Made by a program: the position numbers and the translations under genes. Below are positions 58,292 to 64,000 of a stretch of DNA of 64,000 bases, piece after piece. Position 1 is the stretch's first letter. Every line of letters starts with the position of its first letter. The notes beneath the pieces were generated by a model. That model was not told where the DNA came from, did not search any database, and worked only from the letters and a program-made list of their open reading frames with translations. The DNA comes from an uncultured virus (IMG/VR IMGVR_UViG_3300020281_001373) (Duplodnaviria; Heunggongvirae; Uroviricota; Caudoviricetes): the IMG/VR virus record IMGVR_UViG_3300020281_001373. The stretch is one strand, 5' to 3'.

Positions 58292-58893
58292 AGAGTTTTA
58301 CTGAAGTACTAGAAGAAGCAGCTGGTAAAGGTTTAACTGTATTTGATATAGATGATACATTATTTAGAACTGCTGCAAAAGTAAAAGTTAGAAATAAAAA
58401 AACAGGTGATGTAAAAGAGCTACCACCAGTTCAATTTAATAAGTACAAACTGAAGAAAGATGAAGAGTGGGATTTTGGTGAGTTTAAATCTGCAAAGATA
58501 TTTCAACAGACGGCAATGCCTATTGGAAGAATGGTAAAGAAGGCTAAAGCTATTATTAGAAATGCTACTAAGCGTGGTTCTAAAGTAATTATTATTACAG
58601 CTCGTTCTGACATGGACGATAGAGACTTATTCTTAGATACTTTCCGCGCGCATGGAATAGACATTGATAAGGTACATGTAGAAAGAGCTGGTAATCTTGG
58701 TGGTAGTGCAGCTGCAGCTAAGAAAAAAATATTTCAAAAGTATCTTAATTCAGGAGACTTTGAAAGAGTAAGATTCTTTGATGATGATAAAAATAATTTA
58801 AAGAGCTTTCTATCTCTTAAAAAAGAATTTGATAAGGTAGATTTTTCTGCCTTTCAGGTACAAAATAACGGTACAGTTAGGAGTGTAAAATGA
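58288..58893 (+). CDS. HAD-family phosphatase with T4 internal-protein-like leader
   Basis: MKSFTEVLEE; VFDIDDTLF, ITAR, FFDD..N. Confidence 0.75.
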   Translation: MKSFTEVLEEAAGKGLTVFDIDDTLFRTAAKVKVRNKKTGDVKELPPVQFNKYKLKKDEEWDFGEFKSAKIFQQTAMPIGRMVKKAKAIIRNATKRGSKVIIITARSDMDDRDLFLDTFRAHGIDIDKVHVERAGNLGGSAAAAKKKIFQKYLNSGDFERVRFFDDDKNNLKSFLSLKKEFDKVDFSAFQVQNNGTVRSVK

Positions 58894-58960
58894 CATTTGC
58901 AATTATGATAGGAATTACTATTATTATGTTATGGATTATTAGTTCAGTGGCGGGTATATA

Positions 58961-59257
58961 ATGCCAGAAGTCACTCGTCTAGATGATAAACATGTAGGTC
59001 ACGCAAGTCCTACACCAAATCCATTTCATCAAACTGCTTATGTAGGTGGTTCAGATAATGTGTTTGCTAATGGTAAGAATGTAATGAGAGCTAATCAAGA
59101 TTCTACATCTTGTGGTGATCCTGCAACTGGTGGTTCTGGAACTGTGTTTGTAAATAATAAACCTGTGCATAGAAAAGGAGATGCAACTGGTGGTCATGGT
59201 AGTTGGGTACCAAACTCTTCTGCTGAAGGTTCACCTGACGTTTTTGCTGGAGATTAA
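58961..59257 (+). CDS. PAAR spike-tip protein (gp5.4-like)
   Basis: GSDNVFANG, TSCGD, HRKGD..GHG, GSPDVF. Confidence 0.9.
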   Translation: MPEVTRLDDKHVGHASPTPNPFHQTAYVGGSDNVFANGKNVMRANQDSTSCGDPATGGSGTVFVNNKPVHRKGDATGGHGSWVPNSSAEGSPDVFAGD

Positions 59258-59258
59258 T

Positions 59259-60440
59259 ATGGTTAAACAATGTGGTGCTAATGAAGCTTTAAAAGGTCTA
59301 CAAGATAAGACTAAAGAAATGGCTGATACACTTACTGATGCTGTTGATTTAGAAAAGTTAGAGGAATTCAAAGCAAAGGCTGAGGGTATAGCAGACGAAG
59401 TCAAAGGTAAATTAGTTTCTCAAATACCAAAACCAAAGAACCTGCAAGTTGAACTCGGTAAATTAGCTGAGGTCAAAGATGCCATTGGTGTAGGACTTGC
59501 TGTGGCTGCAATTGAAAAAGATTTTGCAAAAGGTTTAGCTGCTGGAGTTTTAACTGGTGCACTTAAGAATATTGTACCACCACTTTTACAGGGTGCAGCA
59601 GGTGTTGTTCAAGATGCGAAAGATGCTATATCAGATGCGTTAGGCGGTAAAGAGTTTGATATATGTAAGAATATACCTAACCTTGAATTAGATGAAGATG
59701 GTGAGCCGGTTGAGAAAGCAAAAGTAGAGGCTAAGCCAAATGAGAAGGCAGACACACAAGAAAAAGTAGAACCTACTGTAGAAGATAATTCAAAGAAACC
59801 AAGCTCAGGTGGTGGAACGTTAACACTCGATGAATTTAAAGCATTGAATAAAGAAATAAGTGAGGGTGCTGCTGCTATCATGGATGAGTATAATAAAGTC
59901 GGTAGTAAAGAGCCATACGGAAAAGCATTTACTAAGCAAGCAAACTTAGAGAGTCGAGAAAAAAATAAAGCAAACTTAAGAAACCTACAATTTACAATGA
60001 ATGAACAAGGTTGGATGGATCCAGTAGATATGTTTATTAATAATGCTATGGATGAAGAAATTATAGATTGGTATTTCCCACATTATCAAACTATCGCAGA
60101 TAAGTCTTATGCAAATGCTTTAGTATTTCAAATTAATGAAAATCTAAACTCAATAGAAGGTGGTTTAGAATATGCTGGAAAAGGTCTATATAAAATGTTT
60201 GATCAGGATGATTGGCACGACCATACCAAATATCCAAATATGTTCATTTACCAGTTTTTCAAGAATTCAAGGGATATTAAAATAAGAGATGCTCTTGGTT
60301 ATGGTTTTAGAAAAGGAAATGAAAATATTGCTGAAGTACACGAAGCTTTATTTAAAAAAATATTAGATTATTATAAGTCTGATGAGGTGAAAGAGAAACT
60401 TGCAAAAAAACTAGAGTATCAGAAAGAGTTATTTAGTTAA
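59259..60440 (+). CDS. hypothetical virion-region protein
   Basis: MVKQCG.N; DICKNIPNL; helical. Confidence 0.55.
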   Translation: MVKQCGANEALKGLQDKTKEMADTLTDAVDLEKLEEFKAKAEGIADEVKGKLVSQIPKPKNLQVELGKLAEVKDAIGVGLAVAAIEKDFAKGLAAGVLTGALKNIVPPLLQGAAGVVQDAKDAISDALGGKEFDICKNIPNLELDEDGEPVEKAKVEAKPNEKADTQEKVEPTVEDNSKKPSSGGGTLTLDEFKALNKEISEGAAAIMDEYNKVGSKEPYGKAFTKQANLESREKNKANLRNLQFTMNEQGWMDPVDMFINNAMDEEIIDWYFPHYQTIADKSYANALVFQINENLNSIEGGLEYAGKGLYKMFDQDDWHDHTKYPNMFIYQFFKNSRDIKIRDALGYGFRKGNENIAEVHEALFKKILDYYKSDEVKEKLAKKLEYQKELFS

Positions 60441-60464
60441 TGCTCTTGCAAGAGCACTTTCCTA

Positions 60465-60472
60465 TATAAATA
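60465..60472 (+). promoter_or_regulatory. T4 late promoter TATAAATA heading the lysis cassette
   Basis: exact consensus. Confidence 0.85.
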
Positions 60473-60486
60473 GATAGAGGTAAATT

Positions 60487-60663
60487 ATGAATATATTTCA
60501 AAAAATTTGGAGGGTAATTGTTCCTCCTAAAGTAAAGCCAGTTTCAGAACTTAAAGAGATGACGAAACTTGAGCTTGAAGAATATGGTCGTATGTTTGGT
60601 TATGAAGTAGACAGGCGTTTAACTAAAGATAAAATCATAAAACAAGTAAGCAAACTCAAATAG
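60487..60663 (+). CDS. small basic protein (58 aa, HeH/Rho-N-like; not in ORF track)
   Basis: LKEMTKLELEEYGR..G..VDRRLTKDKII; GAGG RBS. Confidence 0.6.
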   Translation: MNIFQKIWRVIVPPKVKPVSELKEMTKLELEEYGRMFGYEVDRRLTKDKIIKQVSKLK

Positions 60664-60674
60664 AGAGGTAAACT

Positions 60675-61124
60675 ATGTTGACATTATTGTCCACGCTGTT
60701 AGGATTCGGAACTTCATTTGTTCCTAAGATTTTGGATTTCATGCAAGATCGAAAGGATAAGTCACACGAACTAGCTGTCATGGAAATGCAAATGGAAAGA
60801 GAAGCTAATCTTGCTACTTACAAAGCAGAAGCTATGATGCAAGCTGCAGAAGTACAAAGAGATTCTCAATTACTAGTGCATGACACAGAGACAGGTAAAG
60901 GTGCTTCACAATGGATTACGAATTTAAGATCTTCTGTCAGACCAATAATTACATACTTATTCTTTGCAATTTTCTTCTTTGTAGAAGGTGTTGCTGCGTA
61001 TGTAGTATTGACACAAGGCGGAGATATTGAAGCAATCACACAAGCATTATGGTCAGAAGAAACACGTTCAATCTTCGCTGCTATAGTAGCTTTTTGGTTT
61101 GGTTCAAGAGCAATTAAAAAATAG
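60675..61124 (+). CDS. putative holin (GTA-type 3TM family)
   Basis: SSVRPIITY, FWFGSR; upstream of lysozyme. Confidence 0.7.
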   Translation: MLTLLSTLLGFGTSFVPKILDFMQDRKDKSHELAVMEMQMEREANLATYKAEAMMQAAEVQRDSQLLVHDTETGKGASQWITNLRSSVRPIITYLFFAIFFFVEGVAAYVVLTQGGDIEAITQALWSEETRSIFAAIVAFWFGSRAIKK

Positions 61125-61133
61125 GAGTATATT

Positions 61134-61331
61134 ATGAAAGCGGAATTAAACATTCGTGACGTAGCGGATTGTATTAAAATTATAGATATATGTGCTAAAC
61201 GAGGAGCATTCGATGGCATGGAAATGGAAGCTGTGGGCAAAGTCAGAAACAGACTCGAAGCCTTCACACAAGCGTACACAGAAGCAAACCCACCAAAAGA
61301 ATCAGATGAGCAACCCGACGAAGGTAAGTGA
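61134..61331 (+). CDS. conserved phage hypothetical protein
   Basis: IIDICAKRGAF..E...VG. Confidence 0.6.
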   Translation: MKAELNIRDVADCIKIIDICAKRGAFDGMEMEAVGKVRNRLEAFTQAYTEANPPKESDEQPDEGK

Positions 61332-61788
61332 TAACTGTATAAGAATGATTAAACACCATGAAGGTGTGAGACAACAGCCATATCAAGACCCAATAGGTTT
61401 ATGGACTGTAGGTGTTGGTCATCTTATAGGTGATGGTAAAAAACTTCCTAAGGAATGGAACAAGACATTTACTATGGAAGAAGTAGATAATATTTTAAAA
61501 GCTGATTTAGCTCGATTTGAAAGAGGTGTTAATACACTTATTCCAATTACAAGACTTACACAAAATCAATTTGATGCTTTAGTATCTTTTTCATTTAATG
61601 TTGGATTAGGTAATCTACAAGCATCTACACTCAGACAGAAGCTTAATCGTGGAGATTATGAAGGAGCTGGCAATGAGTTTCCAAAATGGAGAAAAGCTGG
61701 CGGTAAAGTTTTACCTGGATTAGTAAGACGAAGAGCTGATGAGAAGAATTTATTTATGTCTGATGTTATCCACGCAATAGGATATTAA
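61306..61788 (+). CDS. GH24 lysozyme (endolysin)
   Basis: HEG..Y.D..G.WTVGVGH, QFDALVSFSFNVG, GLVRRR. Confidence 0.92.
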   Translation: MSNPTKVSDNCIRMIKHHEGVRQQPYQDPIGLWTVGVGHLIGDGKKLPKEWNKTFTMEEVDNILKADLARFERGVNTLIPITRLTQNQFDALVSFSFNVGLGNLQASTLRQKLNRGDYEGAGNEFPKWRKAGGKVLPGLVRRRADEKNLFMSDVIHAIGY

Positions 61789-62090
61789 ACACCAAAACTT
61801 TCACCACAACCACATGCGGCTGTAGCATTAGGATTGTTTATTACTAATTGTGAACCAGCAAACTGTTCAACATAATCTATTTCAGAACCATAGATATACA
61901 TCTCAGCAATCTTATCTACAACAATAGTATCTTCAATTAGTACACCATCATCTGTTGAATCTGTAAATGTCCATGAATATTCAAAGCCAGCACAACCACC
62001 ACCTTTCATAGATAGATGCGCGTACTTTTTATCCTGATTACTAATTTTTTCAGTAATGTATTGTTTAGCTTGTGGAGTTATACTAAGCAT
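61785..62090 (-). CDS. iscA: Fe-S carrier IscA/HesB
   Basis: GGGCAGFEY, NPNA..ACGCGESF. Confidence 0.92.
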   Translation of the reverse strand: MLSITPQAKQYITEKISNQDKKYAHLSMKGGGCAGFEYSWTFTDSTDDGVLIEDTIVVDKIAEMYIYGSEIDYVEQFAGSQLVINNPNATAACGCGESFGV

Positions 62091-62662
62091 TAATTAAAGG
62101 TCTTTCCTGTAAATTGAGCTGAACCGCCAGTGTCTTCAATTGTAAATGTATCAAATGAAGATACTGTTGTTCCACCTAATGTTAAAGAAGAACCTGTTAT
62201 ACTTGAAAATGTAGCTCTTGTAGCTGTCAGTGTACTATTAGTATCAAATGTAAGATTAGGTAAATTGACATCTGTCATGAATGTAATAGTGCCAGAAGAT
62301 TTTACATTCAGAGAACCTTCAATATCTACACTACCTCTAAGATATGTTTTTCCTACTTGGTTTGTTGTACCGTAGTTAGTCCAGACATCATCAGAATCTG
62401 TACCATAGAATATTGCAGTACCATTAAAACTATCTGAATCAGAACCAAGATAAACACCACCCTGTTTAATATCAATGGTTGAACCTGTAAAGATGGTAGT
62501 ACCTCTAATACCGACATTACCATTAAAGATAGATTGGCCCGTCACTTCTAATCCAGGAAGTGTGACACTCTCTGGATTTTCAAAACCAGTTAAATTACCA
62601 TCTTCATCAAATGATAATGAGCTGATTATATCTGCATGTTTTCTTGTTTTACTCTTAGCCAT
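62090..62662 (-). CDS. putative virion fibre/appendage protein with DSD motifs
   Basis: Gly/Thr/Ser-rich beta protein; termini resemble the neighbouring gene. Confidence 0.55.
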   Translation of the reverse strand: MAKSKTRKHADIISSLSFDEDGNLTGFENPESVTLPGLEVTGQSIFNGNVGIRGTTIFTGSTIDIKQGGVYLGSDSDSFNGTAIFYGTDSDDVWTNYGTTNQVGKTYLRGSVDIEGSLNVKSSGTITFMTDVNLPNLTFDTNSTLTATRATFSSITGSSLTLGGTTVSSFDTFTIEDTGGSAQFTGKTFN

Positions 62663-62675
62663 ATATTATTTAATC

Positions 62676-63920
62676 TTAACTAGGGTCCATAAACTGAAAT
62701 GTAGCAACTGTTGAACCAGTTGCGTTTATAATAGTAAGGTTATACTTACTTGGTATTGATACTTTTTGACCAGCAAGTGTAAACCCATCACTATCAAAGT
62801 TTGCACGGCCTTCATTACCTTGTAATGATAGAGTACCATCAGAGTCTGCAATATTACCAGTGACGGTCATATTAGTTCTTCTTGACCTATTTCCAAAACT
62901 GCCATCACCATCTGAATCATATAATGGTGCAATTTTAAATGTTCCAGTACCTGTAAGTGGACTTGAAGTAGAGTTTAAAAATCTTACATATGATTTACCA
63001 ACTACTTGCTTTGGTTGAATAAATGAACTCATTGCTTGTTCATTTTGAGCATTCATATTTTGTCTGTTTTGACCACCTTTCTGTGTATCATAAGAGCCAT
63101 CATCTTGTCTTTCAAGATAAAATCCCGAGTCTGAATCTGAATCATCTCCTAAGAATCCGAATGTGACATCAGTTGCTTTAAAAATTACTTTACCTTGTAA
63201 GTCTAATGTACCAAAACTTACGAATACAGTATTCTCAGAGTCATGCACGTTTGCTGCACTTTTTGGATAACCAAATTGTAATGGTGTAGTTTCACCAGAA
63301 ACTCTTGCAATATTGATAGTTTGACCACCTTGCTTTCTTCCAAAAATTACATTAGAACGCTCGACATATCTACCAATCTTCTTTTTTATTAGAAAATCAT
63401 TTGCAATGCTCGTGCCATTTGCATAGAGTGAATCAGAATCCAGTGGAAACTTTCTATGCGCGTTTATCATATTATAAACTCTATCAGTAGTTGGGAAAAT
63501 ATTATCATCTCCCTTAAATAAGTATTGTCCTTTGAATGTTGTAGTTGTATCTGAATCTGAACCTAAAATAGCATCACGAAAACCTGACCTATAAAACTGC
63601 GTGATTTCTGCTGCATTAGGGAACATTTCACCAACAATAGGGTTATTAGTAGAAGAAAATCTATTGTATAAGTCTGAATCTGGTTGATTTTGTAAACCCT
63701 GTAGAATTCCTCTCGATGTCCTGTAAAAATCGTCTGTCTCATTTGAATTGTGTGCTATCTGGAAACGACCTACGTTAAGCTTTCCAAATTTTATTGATGT
63801 ATTATTACTGTTTCCAAAAATTACGGCATCAGAATCATCAGACAAATAGAACTTACCACCAGGACCAGTGGGATTTGAGATATTTGCTACTCTTCTTGTT
63901 TTAGATATTTTTCGTGCCAT
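62676..63920 (-). CDS. putative virion fibre/appendage protein with many DSD motifs
   Basis: 9 DSD occurrences + 1 DSE in 414 aa. Confidence 0.55.
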   Translation of the reverse strand: MARKISKTRRVANISNPTGPGGKFYLSDDSDAVIFGNSNNTSIKFGKLNVGRFQIAHNSNETDDFYRTSRGILQGLQNQPDSDLYNRFSSTNNPIVGEMFPNAAEITQFYRSGFRDAILGSDSDTTTTFKGQYLFKGDDNIFPTTDRVYNMINAHRKFPLDSDSLYANGTSIANDFLIKKKIGRYVERSNVIFGRKQGGQTINIARVSGETTPLQFGYPKSAANVHDSENTVFVSFGTLDLQGKVIFKATDVTFGFLGDDSDSDSGFYLERQDDGSYDTQKGGQNRQNMNAQNEQAMSSFIQPKQVVGKSYVRFLNSTSSPLTGTGTFKIAPLYDSDGDGSFGNRSRRTNMTVTGNIADSDGTLSLQGNEGRANFDSDGFTLAGQKVSIPSKYNLTIINATGSTVATFQFMDPS

Positions 63921-64000
63921 AACATTCTAAAAATTAAAAATTCTTGGTATATCTTTTGTGTTGTCATTTATATCAGATGGTCCTTGCAATGCATCTCTTA

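Noticed and set aside
1..64000. CRISPR array, DGR, self-splicing intron, integrase or transposase
   Set aside because: No regularly spaced repeats, reverse transcriptase, interrupted core genes or recombinase motifs seen by eye.
1..64000. Stop-codon reassignment
   Set aside because: Genes are full length and densely packed under the standard code; TAA, TAG and TGA all end recognisable genes.
1..64000. Bacterial chromosome or prophage origin for clpX, iscU, iscA, aox and csgG
   Set aside because: These genes are interleaved with, and often overlap, T4-like core genes, so they are phage-borne.

Overview
64 kb segment of a large, AT-rich T4-like myovirus, probably marine and probably infecting a proteobacterium (inferred from the curli csgF/csgG, AOX and TonB-receptor genes and IHF-type sites). 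Core T4-like genes are recognisable: gp32, gp59, gp33, an exonuclease, gp2, gp54, gp26/gp51, tape measure, gp4, gp48, gp53, gp27-like hub, gp5, PAAR/gp5.4, holin and a GH24 lysozyme. DNA-modification genes include a gp42-type dCMP hydroxymethylase and an alpha-glucosyltransferase homologue. The accessory load is large: SOD, peroxiredoxin, glutaredoxin, AOX, IscU, IscA, ClpX, a fatty-acid desaturase, a BtuB-like TonB-dependent receptor, two radical SAM enzymes, a sigma-70 factor, several sugar-nucleotide enzymes and glycosyltransferases, a CsgF/CsgG/curlin/FecR/CHASE2-adenylate-cyclase cluster and one tRNA-Arg(UCU). Top observations: (1) a recurrent Asp-Ser-Asp motif in putative virion proteins alongside late-promoter-driven glycosyltransferase operons, a candidate virion glycosylation system; (2) a probable -1 frameshift fusing gp26 to gp51; (3) a B12 receptor, Fe-S assembly genes and a B12 radical SAM in one genome; (4) an agt homologue clustered with an epimerase and a cytidylyltransferase; (5) a GC-elevated, A-tract-poor zone around a convergent junction that holds the early sigma factor, a long hairpin and tandem T-tract repeats; (6) a four-copy early promoter with IHF-like and TGT-N12-ACA upstream elements. 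All calls come from motif recognition by eye; no searches were run.
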